The notes under the pieces: generated by a model
The model's database searches: none
What the model was told of the DNA's origin: nothing
Seen by the model: only the letters and a program-made list of their open reading frames with translations
NCBI GenBank assembly: GCA_023213395.1
Contig: CM041465.1
Span: forward strand, 118,923,741-118,987,740
Length of the DNA stretch: 64,000 nucleotides
Direction of reading: 5' to 3'
Source: Cycas panzhihuaensis
Taxonomy: Eukaryota; Plantae; Cycadophyta
In this document: piece after piece, positions 38,121 to 52,535 of the stretch
Layout of the letters: every line of letters begins with the position of its first letter
How positions within the stretch are numbered: the first letter of the stretch is position 1
Position numbers and translations under genes: made by a program

Positions 38121-39714
38121 GGGGGATAATGTTGGAGTTAATCATTATCACTTCACTCCTACCTTTATAAGCAGGATTGTACACCTCATCAACTTTAATT
38201 TAGACATGTGATGCTCAACATATCGAGGTAAGTTAAGGTAAGTTTAACTTTAATTTAAGTTAGTTTCATTTGAGTTAAGTTAACTTTATTTTATTATTAT
38301 TTTAAATTCAGGGGTTGAGGAGTTTCTCTCCTTCCCCAAATTATAAATATTGAGGGGTGTGCAACCCTGGTGCTTTTAGATATTGCCCTCATTTGAGAAA
38401 TTTATATTTCTCACTTTCAACAATGGATTGTAGATTCAAGCTCTCATGTTTATGCTACTATTACAACATTGATGTATTGAATATTTGTATTGATGTATTG
38501 ATCTATTGAAGATTATTCTATGTTCTGCCTTGTTCTCCGTGAATATTATTTCCTACATAAAATATAATCTAAAATAATTACTTCTAAATTATGATTTTAA
38601 TAGTTTAGATAAAACTAAATTTTAATACCTTTATCAAAAAATATACCTATTTTTATGGAGGTTCACTCATAATATTTCTAGAATTGCAATAGTATATTTT
38701 GACAAAATGTTAATAATTTTTTTACCAAACTTCCAATCAACTTGAGACCATTTCCATTAGAACTTTGACTTTAGAAATCATAGAATTGAAAATAATTAAG
38801 GTTAATTACATACATGTAACTAAAGTTATAGCTATTCAAAGTTAAGGTAACTACTTTGACTTCAAAAGTGGTAATAAAAAGAAGGCTGAAATTAAATGTG
38901 TCACTTCAAAACCTATAGTGTAACCACTCAAAATTTATAGAACAAACCATTTTATCTCAAATTTACCATTGATTTTTAAAAATTTTAGCATTTATACTCT
39001 TGGATATGCTTTCAAACTGTACTTTAAAGTAGGAAAAGGAAAAAACTTTTCCCAAATAACCTTGCTCTGATACTATATGTAACAAGCTTGACCTTATTAT
39101 GTCTCTAACATACAAAAATAGAGCAATATAACCAAAATTATATGTAGGTAAATAAAGTGGATGATGAATGTAAAAAGTACCAAAGATAACCAAAGGACAC
39201 TAAAGTAAACCCCAATAGAATTATATTAATCAATATAGTATTATAATGAATAGGGTGTCATATATATAGTAAGATCACCCCATTATTATATTGTCTTATC
39301 TCTAAGCTAACCAATCATATATTTTCCCTATTATTAAATTTTCTTAACCTTAACCTACTTGACCTCCTAATATATTAGCCATCTAACTTATAACCTTCTA
39401 ATCTACTAACCCTCTAACATATAGTGAAGGCTCACCATAAGAGGATTTTATAAAGTAAAATTAGATCATATACCTCCAAGATTAGATCAACCTACTTGAA
39501 CACCTTGCATATGAATATTTAAGAATATATTAGATTATGATGTTATAAGACTAAATTATGGTAAAGTTTAAGGGAATTATTGTGATTATAAACTTCTATA
39601 GGTAATAAAATATAATTGAAGGTTATATGCCCCCATGAGATTTGATACAATAACACTTTATGATAAAGTGGATGAAGAAGAAGGAGCTAAACTTAATTAA
39701 GAGGAAGGACTAGT

Positions 39715-42700
39715 TGTAAATATTAGAACTAATCTAATATAAACAATAATATCTTATTCTCTTATAAATCAATATGTACATATAGAATATAGAGGAATCA
39801 AATTTATTGAAGCTTGAAGTAATATTTTAATAAAGTTTTAACTCTTATTAATGCTCAACATTTTCAAATGGGAAGGACACAACCATATTTTAGAGGGCTT
39901 GATGTTACTATACTTATAAAGAATTGGACCTCATGTTGATCACTTATGATTAGTGCATTATGAAGCAAAGGGGGATTCATGACCTTCAACAAGGACTAAC
40001 AATATTAAGTTGAATAATTACATAAAGTACATTAGGAATAATAAGATGTTATTATAATTTTACATCCTCCCTTAATGATAACTTCATTGATATTGACGTC
40101 AAGGTCATGTTAAAACATTTCAAACTTTGGTTTGACAAGACTTTAGTGAGGATGTTTGCAACCTAGTCTTTAGTAAGTTGATATACTGAATCAACTTCTC
40201 TATCTTACACATATTCATAGATGAAGTGATGATGGACCTCAATATGTTTAGTATGTGTATGGAATAAAGAATTCTTAGACATCTTTAATACACTCTAATT
40301 ATTATAGTAGCATTAACAACTATTTTATACTCTACTTTAGTGGAGAAAAGTGCAACATTTGGTTGTTTCTTATAACTCCAAGAAATAGTGGATGCATTTA
40401 TGTTGAAATAGTAACCTAATCTTAAATGGAAAGAATCTTAACAATTGGCCCAGTTTGTATCTATAGATCCTTTTAAAATAAGAGTATTAACTTATTTATA
40501 ATCAAGTCCAAGATGTAAGGTGCTATGAATTTATTTGAGAATACTAATGGTAGCTTTGTAATGTGACATTTTAGGTAGTGACATGTACCTTGAGTAGATT
40601 TCAAATGCACATGAAATGTCCAGGAAAGTATGAGTAAGATTAATCAAGCTCCCCATAAGCTATTTGTAAAGTGTGGGATTAAAAAGTTTATCTTATTCAT
40701 CCATCATTAGCTTTATTCCAGTCTTTGTGGGTATTGATGGAGGTTTACAGTCACTTAATCTAAATCACTATAAGAGCTCATTCATATATTTAGATTGTGA
40801 CAAGAATATATGTCCTAGTTCTTATCATACTTCAATTCTAAGGAACTAATAGAGTAATCCAAGGTCTATCATCTCAAAACTACCTTTTAGTTCTTATTAA
40901 GGACTAGAAATGCCTTCATCATCATTTCTAGTGATTTCCAAGTCATCAACATAAAGAAAAATGATGGTGATCATGTTGTTATAGATCCTAATATATATAT
41001 TAGGATCAAAGGATGAGCAAATTAGTCTATGCTTAATAAGAAGGGAATTAATCTTAGTATACCAAGCACAAGGTGCTTACTTGAGTCCATATAAGGATTT
41101 CTCAAGCTTGTAAACTAAGTGTTCTTTGCTAGGAATAATATAGCCAAGATGTTATATCAAGAAAACTTCTCTAGAAATGTTCACATTAAAGAAAGTACTT
41201 TTAACATCCATCTAATATATAAGGCAACTAAACTAAGATGTTAGTGATATTATTGGATGGAACATTATCATATTAGCTATAGGAGTAAAGATCTCATCAT
41301 AATCAATGCCTTCTTATTATTTAAATCCTTTGGCAATAAGACATACTCTATATCATTTAATGGAGCCATCAACATGATACTTAGTTTTATAAAGCTAATG
41401 ATAATCAGTTGAGTTCTTTCTAGATGGTAATCTGATGAGCTCCCATGTGTCATTTTTAAGGATGGAATGCATCTCCTCATCTATAGTGACATACCACATT
41501 TGGTCTTTAGCTACCTCGTCAAAGGTTGTAGTCTTAGGAGCTTCAAAAACTTGTGCCATTACTACAAAGTTTATGTTATGCCTTAGCTTGGATTCCCTTT
41601 TAGGTGATATTAGAGGTTATGGGGTATTTTTCCTCCCAATATGGTTATATACCTTGTAAGCTTTATATCTAGGTACATAGTCTGTGAGAATATATTTGAG
41701 GCTTTTATCATCAAGCTTCTTCCTATTTTCCTTTGGAATAAATTTATAGACTATACAATTGAATGCTTAAAGGTGTGAATTGGTGGGCTTTTAACCTAAA
41801 TAAGCCTCCTTAGGTGTCATGTCTCTCATGGCTAAAGTTAAGCTCCTATTTGTTGAGTAAGATATAGTGTGAATGGCTTTAACCTAAAATAAATTAGCAA
41901 GATTAGTAGCTTTAACCATTGATTTAGCTTTGTTCAATAATGTTTATTTCATACACTCAGTAACACCATTTTGTTATGGAGTTCATGGAACTAAGAATTA
42001 ACATTTGATACTATGTTCTCTACAAAAATTATTGAACTAATTTCATGTATATTTGTCTCTATTATTAGATCTTAAGATCTTAATTATCATGTAGGACTCA
42101 TTCTTCACTTTAGCTTTGAAGTCCTTGAATTTATTGAATGCCTTAAATTTATTACTTAAAAAGTAGACCAAAACTTTATCAGAATAGTCATTAATGAAGG
42201 TGATGAAGTATAAGCTACCATTAAGTAAATGAATTGACATGGGTCCATAGATATCTAAGTGAACTAAGCCCAATGGTTCTATTGCATGCTAAGCTCTCTT
42301 AGAAAGAAAGGATTCCCTATGTTCTTTATCAACTATACATACTTTACAAAAATATTTATTCTACTTGATCTTAGATAATCCATGTATCATTTGGAGTCTA
42401 AACGTGAGATGGAGACTTTGTATATTTAGTTGGCCAAGGCATTGATGCCATAATTGATCCTTAGTACATTTTTGTAAGTAGTCCTCCTTACTATAAGAGC
42501 AATCACCTTATGTTTCAGTAGGGGGTCTTCTAAAATGATTTACTTTCCCTTATTAAGATGATAAGACCAAACTATGGCACATGAATCCTAAGTCGATTTA
42601 ATGGAGAGAGGGATATTATCAAGTATGTATAGGCCATTATCTTTATGGGCTATAGCAATTATTTGACTAGTTAAGTGGTCTAAAATAATACATATTCCTT

Positions 42701-45700
42701 GGCTAAAGAGGACATCAAAATTTTGATTATCGATCTAGCTTATAGAGAGGAGATTTTGTTTCATGCCAATAACATATAGGACATTACTTATATAATGTTT
42801 AACATTAGAATTCTTTAAGACTATGGGAGATCTCCCAATCTTAGACACATCATATGTAAGATTATTACTAAATGTGATCATTTATAACATAACAAGTATG
42901 GTATCCTTCAAAAGATTTTTAGAGCTAGTAATATGATGAGTGGCACCAGAATCTATCAACCAAGAATTATCTTCATGATTGAAGAGAGTATGGCAAAGAA
43001 CAAGTTCTATGAGTTGGCCTGGGAATTGTCCACATGGTCTCCTTATTGAAAATTTATGTAGTTGCCTTAATTTTAATTTCTAGGTTTATTTCTTTAATGT
43101 TGTTGTCTATTACCTTGTCCATAACCTCTATTTTGTTATCAGTATGATTCTCCTTATTGTCCAGATTGATTTGGCATAAGTTCTAGGTCAAACTATATGT
43201 TCCTATAATCTATGATGACATGCCCAAGTTTAATATAATATAAGTAGGTAATATTCTATCTCTATGGATAATTTCTTAATTGTTATGATTGTTAAGATGG
43301 TTGGTCTAAGTTCATAAAACTAAACTACTAGGCTAGGGTTACTTTTGATTTTGAATTTTCCCACAATTCTTAGTTATGAATGCAAGAGTAGTTTTAAAAG
43401 AGCATGTGGCTTCTTAATAATTTAGGATACCCTCTTCCTTGAACAATAATCCTTCTAAGGTATTGAAATCCATTATAGTAAAGTTATTAGATAGCCAAGA
43501 TATGAAAATATTATAATTAGTGGGAAGGATGTTGATAACACTAGTAATAAGGTCATGATTGGAGGGAGGGGCACTAAGAGTGTTTAGCTAGTTTCTAATG
43601 GACTTCACTTCATTTGTGTGAAATGGGATATAACCAATAAAAGGAATGACATATAGGCATGCTTAATATGATGGAATTAGAGTCATCCTTCCTCTCATAA
43701 AGGGAGCATATAGTGCTCCATGATGTGAAGAGTCAATCATTTTTATATTTTGATTAATATTATCCTTTATGGCTAGGTGAAGGAAGGAAAGGGCTATATT
43801 GTCCTTGGCTCTAAAGGTAATAAGGGTAATAGGGTCTAGATGTATCATGATGTCAAGGTCATTTGGGTCATGAGTAGGAATAGATTTAGGTATATCTCTA
43901 GATATATAATCCCAAAAATCATTCATGATTATAAGGTATTTGACTTGTTCCTTCTAAGACAAAAAATGCCACTTCCTAATAGTTTAATTATATTTAATAT
44001 CAACATTTGTATTGTCATTTTATGAACTAGTTAGCTAATGGGCTGCTAAGTTAGAATTCTAATATTTTAGTGTCTCTAGGAAGCCCTCAGTTATTATTTT
44101 ATCTAGTGGTACTTGCCCACAAATGGTAATTCAGGGACTCAATATATGTTGATATATGAGTAAGTTAAGCTATATATACCTTGTTATATAAGCATAGAAG
44201 GTTACTTGCCATCTTGACATTATTTATCTACCTATGTTAGCTTTATGTCAAGTGATAGCTCTAGAGAAGGACTATAACTAAGGCACTTACCCCCCTAGGT
44301 CTAGCCTAGTCTCTAAACTTTAAGAAAGGATTTAATACCCCAATCTATCACTCAATACACCTTATAATAAGTTGTCCCCTAACCTACTTATCTAGGTTCA
44401 TGCAACTTGCATGTACAAGAGTGATAACTTTAGGGGTCCTGATCATTCCCCTTATAGGATTGGTTGTCTAGCAATTTAGTTTAGGAGTTATCTTTTTTAA
44501 TTTTATGATTTTAAATTCCTTTTAATTATGATTTTATTTAAAGACAAAGGAGTTAGTTTTTAATGATTAAAAAAAATAAGAGACAATGAATAACAAAGGT
44601 AGTAAAGTAAAAATAAGTGTAAGGGTTTATAGTGCTCAAGTTGGAAGATACCACTATTGTTATGTGATAAGGAATCTTCCTCATATAAGAAGAGTTGTTA
44701 TATCCACAAAGCACCACATGTATTAGCTTAAATTTAATTAAGAAATGCTTCTCAATTAATGAAGAAATATAAGTAGTTGACAAAATCTCCATTTAAATAT
44801 ATTGAAGCCCTTAATTAATGATGAATGATTTAAGACATATGAAAATAAATGAGCTAAAAGTATTGGATATAAGGAGCCTAAAAAAGTATCCAAAGACTAC
44901 AAAAAAGTAGCCTAAGTTGTAAAACTTTGAGTCAAGATTTCGATGATTTAAATGTTTCAAAAAATAGATACCTAGTTAAAAAGTTATTATAGAAATAGTA
45001 TAAGGACCTCTTTAAGATTAAAAAAATGAATAGGACTGGCTTTAGCCCTCTTAGTAGTGTAGCCCCTAATTACCTATTGACTATATGTGACCAACCATTA
45101 ATAGAGAAGGGGGCTTTAAATACCTCAAATAAAAATTTAATTAGATTAAATTTATATAAAACTTTATTTTAAAAAAAAAAATTGAGGTTAAAATATTGTA
45201 AATAAGCCTAATCATTAAAGATATGTAGAGGGAAAAGTAGATAGTAATGATTTGATTAGGTTTGATCATGACAAAGCCTATATTCATTATTATTCTCTTA
45301 GTCAACCTCAAGTGAGTTGAGATCAATTAAACATAGCACCTTAAATTATAAAGGGTGGCGAACTGAGGTACAATGATGAGCAATAAGTGGAGGTAGCCTC
45401 AAGACATCGCTCAAATGGAGACAAAACAAGTGTAGGACTTGTAGGGTGAGAGCTATTCCAGGGATGTATGATAGCCCATGGATGTAAGAGTCATCTAATA
45501 ACTACTCACAGGGTTAGCACCATAATAGAGTCCATACAAGAGTCTCGTAGCAGACATGAGACAAGGATAGATTGCTATGTAGGACCTTGTAATGTAGGGA
45601 TGTAGGGTCTATGGTAAGGAAATATAGGGGCAACAACAAGTATCCTTACAAAGATAGGGCAAGGTTAATGATATATGCAGAATCTCCATAGATGCAACAA

Positions 45701-46331
45701 AACTATATAAACTAAAGAAATGAAATAAATTGAGTGAACAGACTTTCAAATGAATTAGTTGATTTTAGAATGGAGGGGAAATAGGTTCATCAACTAAGGT
45801 GTATACATAGAATGGAGTAAATCATTTTCTTAAATGGTCTTAAATAGGGTCAAGTGAGATGTAAATGGGGATCCATTTTTACCCAATAAAATGAGCCCAA
45901 ACTCTGCTTCAACATGATTACCCTATAATAGACTAAAAATACATAAGAGAAATAGGCTCTAATACCAAATGTAAATATTAGAATTAATCTAATATGAAAA
46001 ATAAGATCTTATTTTCTTATAAATCAATATCAACATGCATATAAAACATAATATGGAGAAATCAAATTTAATGAAGCTTGTAGTAATATTTTGATAGAGT
46101 TTTAACTCTTATTAATGCTCAACATTTTCAAATGGGGAGGAGCATAGCCATATTTATAGAAGGCCCAATGTCACTCCACTTATAAATAATTAGATCTGAT
46201 GTTGGTCACTTATGATTAGCCTGTTATGATGCAAAGGGAGGTTCATGACCCTCAACTAAGACTAATAACATTAAGTTGAATAATTACATAGCATACCTTA
46301 GGAACAATAAGATGTCATTATAATTTTAACA
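39715..46331 (-). mobile_element. Copia C: full-length decayed Ty1/Copia (6.6 kb)
   Basis: LTRs 39715-40064 and 45970-46331; PBS complement GCTCTAATACCA at 45956-45967; PPT complement TCCTCCCTT at 40065-40073; flanks CTAGT/CTAAC. Gag (~43000-44020), WLIDSGATHH (~42950), LVHLDIYGP integrase (~42250), RT, RNase H. Confidence 0.92.
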
Positions 46332-47748
46332 CTAACTTGAAATGATGGATTATTGAGTAATGCTAAATATATTTATGTAAATATTCCAAAGTTGATTTGA
46401 GGGTTTTAGTAACCTAGGTTTCTACATTGAGTCCTTGCACCTTGAGCTTATACAATATTAAAGATTTTAGCTAATTGGGCTAGGTCATTAAACATATCAA
46501 GGGAAACTAATAATGAGACTTGTTAAGAAGCTAATTGTGAGTTATTTGAGGTATAAATTGGGGTCCCAACTATAAGGTAGATCTAACTAAGACAAAAGAA
46601 CTAAGAGGCATAGCTTGCATCAAGGGAAGAGTAAGAATAGTAGGACTAAGACTTTGACATTTTAAGGATTATGTGATACAACAAAACCAATTAGAAGGAA
46701 TAGGCCTAATATTAAATGATTGATGGAGACCCACAGACTAGGTTATGAGTGATACAAAACTCATACATAAGGTAGAACTTAGAAAGGAAGATACAAAAAT
46801 TCCCTTTGGCAACATAGAAGGTAAAGAACTAGACAAGGGAGCTTGTGTTTAAGAGACAAAATATGATTCACAAGTGTATTGGTGGTTGAAAATCTAAGGA
46901 CTTAACCCTTACAAAAGTCCCCAAAAATGGTCAAGGAGAGGATGAACCAACATCTTCTTTTAACAAATGAGACATAATTGAATAAAAAGGAGATAATTAT
47001 CTACTTCTTTGATAATAAGAAGTATCTTACTTGAGAATGTCTTCTATGAATGAATTCTCATTAGGAAGACCAAAGGGATGAGGGATACCCACCATTGTAA
47101 CAATAAGAAATTTAAGATGTAGTTCTTTAAATCTATATAAAAGGTATACATTAAAAGAGAAATACTTAATTATGCTATATGATTAAAGAGTGGAAGGCAA
47201 ATGAAGTGTTTCAAATAGATAAAGCAAGCTTGTATAATGTTGAAATAAGTTTGCAAATTCCTTACTTTTTATAACATCCAATATTCATTTATTAAATTGA
47301 CCCTTTAATTATTGGAAAAAGTGTTTATATGACCACTCATTATGAAGGTTATTGATTAGGATTTTATTAGTTTAAATAGAATTAGATTCTAATATCATAT
47401 GTGTGAGATATTTTTAAAAGTGTAAAAGGGCATCATTGAAAAATTAATGTTTTCACACCTTTTAGAGGATAGCATAGGGTCATATAGGTTGCACATACAA
47501 CCTATGCCTAAGTCATTAAGGGATGGGTAGGTCTAAAATGCTTATCAAATATGGTTTAATGTTAGTAACCTTTTAAAAAAGTTTTAATTTTTTAATACAA
47601 TGTTCTTGCCATTCTATGGTATTACATTAATTATATCTTTTCATAGGTTGACTACATAAAATTGCAATGTTTATGGTGATTTCAAAATTATTTTCGATGT
47701 GAGCATGATTATATTGGTAAGAGGAAAGTTCCAAATGGATAAGTCTAA

Positions 47749-47751
<3 letters not shown>

Positions 47752-47783
<32 letters not shown>
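47752..47783. repeat. (TA)n microsatellite
   Basis: Read directly. Confidence 0.95.
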
Positions 47784-47785
<2 letters not shown>

Positions 47786-48462
47786 TAAAATTTAGAGATT
47801 TAAGATGCCCTTTAACCCAAAATTAGGATGTAGAGATATATGGTGATGGTAGTAAATTTTTAAGTTATATATAGTAGATTTAAGTAGATATTTTGAAGCA
47901 AATTTATGGATTGATGATGGAAATCTCTAAGGTGAACAAATCTACAGACAAAAAACTAAAATGAAAGTGTGAAAAGTGAATATAAATGTAATTTGACTCT
48001 TAGAAGCTGCATTGAGTGAAAACATTAATTATGGGAAGATTTTGAGGGAAGATGATTAATTTAGGAGGCCTTTTGAGTGGAGATTAAATAGATTTAGTGA
48101 AAATATCCCCAAAACAAACATATCTATATGATCATTGTCATTAAAATACTAAGTCAAATAGATTTAACATATTTATTATTCATGGATGACACATGATTAA
48201 TCAATGACTTTTTCACAATTTTTTTGGAGTTTTCTTATGAGTTTTGAATGGTATAAATTCAGTAGAGGTAGATATAATAGAAATCTATGAATAGATGCTA
48301 TTATATCCCTCCAAATGATCTAAAAGTCACATTTTAAAGTAGCTTCTTCTAAAGAGAAAATCACCAATGACTCAATGAAGTAAAGAAATTTAGATTTTTT
48401 TTCTCTTTCTATTTTTTGTTTTATAATTTTATGTGTGATTTTTTGGTGTTATATATGGTGAA

Positions 48463-48589
<127 letters not shown>

Positions 48590-48772
48590 CCTTGAATACT
48601 AGGGTTTAATCATTAGCATTTTCACTAGTTTATTTATAGGCCAAAGTACTTTCAAAAGAGTTTAATGGAGTGTTTAAGGTATTTTATATGGTTAGGAAGG
48701 GTTTAAGGCAATCCGTTTAAAATGGAAAGGTAAATAAAGGAATAAAAGTAAAAGAAAGGGTGAGTCTCTAGT

Positions 48773-51700
48773 TGTAAAATTATGCACACATGAAACTATA
48801 TTGAACAATGATATAATAACTCAATAATTCATTACATTTGTTACAGAGATAGGAAGATCATGCAAGATGACACATGGATCTTTACATAATGACATCACAA
48901 GGATATAATTAAGTGTATGGTCAAGTGACCCCACACATATAGAAGTTACAATATTAAGTTGTAACTTAACCCAAACAATGACTATTGGATCGTTAACACT
49001 TACTAACATAACATATATCTAATAATGACTATAGGTCCCTTATAAAATTAAATATTATGTTCTAGCATCCCTTCATAATATTTAATTTTTATATTAAGAA
49101 ATCACTATCTACTAGATCATATAGATGACTAGTCATTATGTTTGCCAGTTATCTAAATAAAGTATTTGCATATATGGTTTATCAGCATAGTGTAAATCTA
49201 AATTTGACATGTATCCCAAGAGCAGGTTAAACTACCTGACTAGTTGGATACCATAAAACTAGGCATTCTATCAAATATTTTGTGAACACATATGTACTAC
49301 TACATGCCAAGAAAGATGCAAGCATTAGTATAGTGATTGGGTAGGACACTAGCTACAAGTAAGACATAAAGGAAGTGGAATTCATGCCATCTTCTATAAG
49401 AACTAAAAAACACCATTAATGGTGATGTGGAGGGAAAATTTATTATGCCTTTGAACTAAATAAATATCACCAATAAAGATAAATTTATTATTCCTCTAAA
49501 TTATTACATCATGATAAAAGGTTAATAAGGAGAGCAAATTTATTATGCCTCCAAATCCAGAAACATTACAATAAGATCTAGCATATGTTAAGATAAAATG
49601 CAGTACAAGAAATACACTTCATCCTTGTAAATTTATCAAACATAGATATTGTAATAATAGCAATTTCAACATTTTCAATGACTAAATTTTCATACTTCAT
49701 GTTATGGTGAACAATCATGTTTTTTGTCCTTGCAAAAACTTGTCAAACATGCTGCTAAAATGGTAGCAATATAGGGTCCTGATATAGTTGTCCAAAAAGC
49801 ATGCAAATCTAAAATATTGTCATAAAAATGGAGAAGCGAGAGGTCTAATTAAGTACCAATGTTATTAGAAATGTAATTTATACTATCTCCCAACTGAGTT
49901 TATCTCTCAAGTCCAAGAAATTAATCAAATTACTTTCATCACCTATAATTTTTAGCAACATAACTATAAAAAAATTTGTGTCTAGTGTAAATTCATTGTT
50001 AGGACACACCATCTTATAAAGCTCTTCCCTTTCATTCACAACAAGTAGAGCTATTGTTTACAACTGGAACATCTTACAATAAAAGAAGGACATATGAGAA
50101 GCATATCCGCCACTTTGGTTCTTTGTAAAAACAATCTATTTAAGAAGGGCAATTCTCTTATACACGCTTTACATGCATTCTAAGTAAGCTTTCTGAGGAT
50201 TTTCATGACTTAATTTTTCTTGTGATCTAGTTGCTCATCATATGACAACTTTAATTACAAAATAATATAAATATGCTCTAATAACACGTATTTCAATACA
50301 ACTAATAACATTGGTAAAAATTGACATCCATAACCTCTATTCTTCTAGAGACAGATAATTTAGTCACATTACAATAAATGAAAAATATAGAGTAGAGTTG
50401 GAGTTCTATAATTAAAAAACTCATAGTAACCTTCAAAAAATGTTACTCTAGGACTTCATGGCTGGATCACATACTAAGAATGCTAGTAAATATGATGTGG
50501 CTAGGCTTCATGAAAGACAACCCACCAGAAGCTTCTCTGAGCACAAGTTATTGCAACATGAACAACTTGTTTTAATTCCTCTCTATCATGTATTTTATAA
50601 GACCATATCTTTTTTAGATATTTTTTCAAATAATTAGTGTGCAATATCTATACTACTACCATTGTTTGCCTTTCCATGAACAATGAGGGTTGGTAAGAAT
50701 ATTAACAATAAAGAATGGATCCACAAGAATAAATTATAAATGAGTCACTCCTGTCACACATTCTTGTGTATGACCAAGGATTAATAATGACTTCAAAAGC
50801 TCTGCATATTCTTTATAGCTAGAAAAATAGTAGTAAAATTATTGTTACCTTACTTTATATTCTCCATGATAATTATTGATAAAGAGGGCCTAAATATTTG
50901 CTCTTGTAATGTTTCAATAAATGAATTAGGAGCATAAAGAAATTATCCCCAATGTCACTCCATTCCTTCCAAAGAAACTGCAATGGCACTACTCTTTTCC
51001 ATTGCCTTCTCCATTTTCACAATGGCATCATAAAGGTATTTTGTAATATCCAGCAAAGCTATAACCTCTTCATTTTTCTTGAACCTGTTGTTACATAATC
51101 TAATAATCCTTCACCAATTTCTCTACTATGTAATCCTCAAGATGTAACTTATACATATTAACCTTCTCTGAATCTTTAAGATATGCACCCTATAATCTAA
51201 ACTCATAAAATAGTCATAGTTTCTCACAAATACTGCCATGAAGATTACTAGGGTTTGCCTTTGATCTTACTTCTTGAATCTTCATGCCTATAATCAGACT
51301 CTCTGAGTGATGCTAGGTGATATCTCCTACATATCTCTCAAATATATAGATTATGTTAGGCCTTTCAAAGAGTATCCCATCAGAATTCCATTAGAGTAGA
51401 CAAAGATCACATCCATGTAATATGTATTTCTAAGACAATTAATTAGTAAGACAAGGGGCCTGGATTGTAATCTAGATCCATATTTGCTTGCATCTAAGTA
51501 AGTCTTAAAGTACTAAACCTCCATGTGATTCATGTAGAGTACTATAACAGTAGATCATACCTATAGTAAAAGGTATCCCTATTACTAAAATTAAATATAT
51601 TTTTGATAAAAAACAAGCTTACCCTATTTTATATGTCCCAAAGTATATCACAGAGGATATGGTAGACCCTAACAAGGACAATTAAAACTCTACTATAGAA

Positions 51701-52381
51701 ATAAAATATAGACCCTTTCTACTACTGAGATTTCTTTCATTATTGCCTTTACTTCCACATTCCCTTGGATGGCTAGTTTTATCCATCTTATATTGTGTTT
51801 AGACTCCATTGATTTGGATGGGATAGATAACCCCTAAACTCATCAGATTCATTTTAGTCCCATAAAGGAAACAAAAAGTTGAAGCATTTCTAGAGTAAAA
51901 AATTCAAGAACCTTACAAGATTACAAGAAAATTCAAATATAATATTACATTTCTTTTAGAACCTCTATATATAATTTTGGATCTAGGGCCTAATTTCTAC
52001 ACATCCTGAAGTCCATGAGAATTTGTCCCTAAATGTAAAATTATGCACACACTTAACACACAAAACTATATTGAACAATGATTTGAATTTCTCATATATC
52101 TCATAATGCATTGAGTGTGTACATATAGTAACTCAATAGTTCATTACATTTGTTACAAAGATAGGAAGATCATGAAAGATGACACATGGCTCATTGCATG
52201 ATGACCTCATAAGGATATTATAAAAGACATGTACAAATAACCTCACATATATATAGAAGTTATAATATTAAGTTATAACTTCACCCAAATAATGAATATT
52301 GCACCCTCAATATTTACTAACATAACATATATCTAATAATAACTATAGGACCTTAATAAAATTAAACATTATGTTCTAACA
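48773..52381 (-). mobile_element. D: non-autonomous LTR element (3.6 kb) with PPR-derived interior
   Basis: Homologous LTRs 48773-49067 and 52034-52381 (TGTAAAATTATGCACAC...TTATGTTCTA(G/A)CA); perfect TSD CTAGT; PPT-like complement TCCCTTC at 49068. No recognisable PBS, gag, RT or integrase. Confidence 0.88.
49600..51450 (-). pseudogene. Decayed PLS-class pentatricopeptide repeat (PPR) sequence inside element D
   Basis: Minus-strand motif remnants: SIDIAH*LFEKISKKDMVL*NT (~50590-50655), MKPSHIIFTSILS (~50475-50512), ATILAAC (~49745-49770), AVFVRN..LKDSEKV..EEVIALL (~51050-51235). Confidence 0.65.
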
Positions 52382-52535
52382 CTAGTATGGTTACCAAAAT
52401 GTTTACTAGTGTATAATGTCTTACTTTTCCTGCTTTATATGGTACCTATATTTAAAGTACATCTAAGAAGAGAGAGGTAAAGTTTGTAATACAAGTATCA
52501 CATGTCCTATATGTGACAAAAGTATGTAGTCACTT

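Larger units (their letters stand above)
32493..38557 (+). mobile_element. B2: second family-B non-autonomous LTR element (TR-GAG-like) carrying host gene fragments
   Basis: LTRs 32493-32920 and 38130-38557 are homologous to the reverse complement of the B1 LTRs. TSD TAAAA on both sides; PBS TGGCATCAAAGC at 32923-32934; PPT AAGGGGGA at ~38119-38126. Confidence 0.94.
25336..39439 (-). mobile_element. E: old, internally deleted Gypsy-derived LTR element hosting G1 (in its 3' LTR) and B2 (internal)
   Basis: 5' LTR 39078-39439 with PBS complement GCTCTGATACTA at 39064-39075. The homologous 3' LTR is split into 25336-25408 and 31122-31411. Flanks GGAGG/AGAGG (4/5 TSD). Gag-like remnant KIMFAMLYL on the minus strand at ~32070-32100. 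Confidence 0.72.

Noticed and set aside
46332-48400. Possible transposase or other TE remnant (also 23150-25330, 56420-57500 and 61700-62800)
   Set aside because: Looks like old decayed repeat, but no motif or terminus could be identified with confidence.
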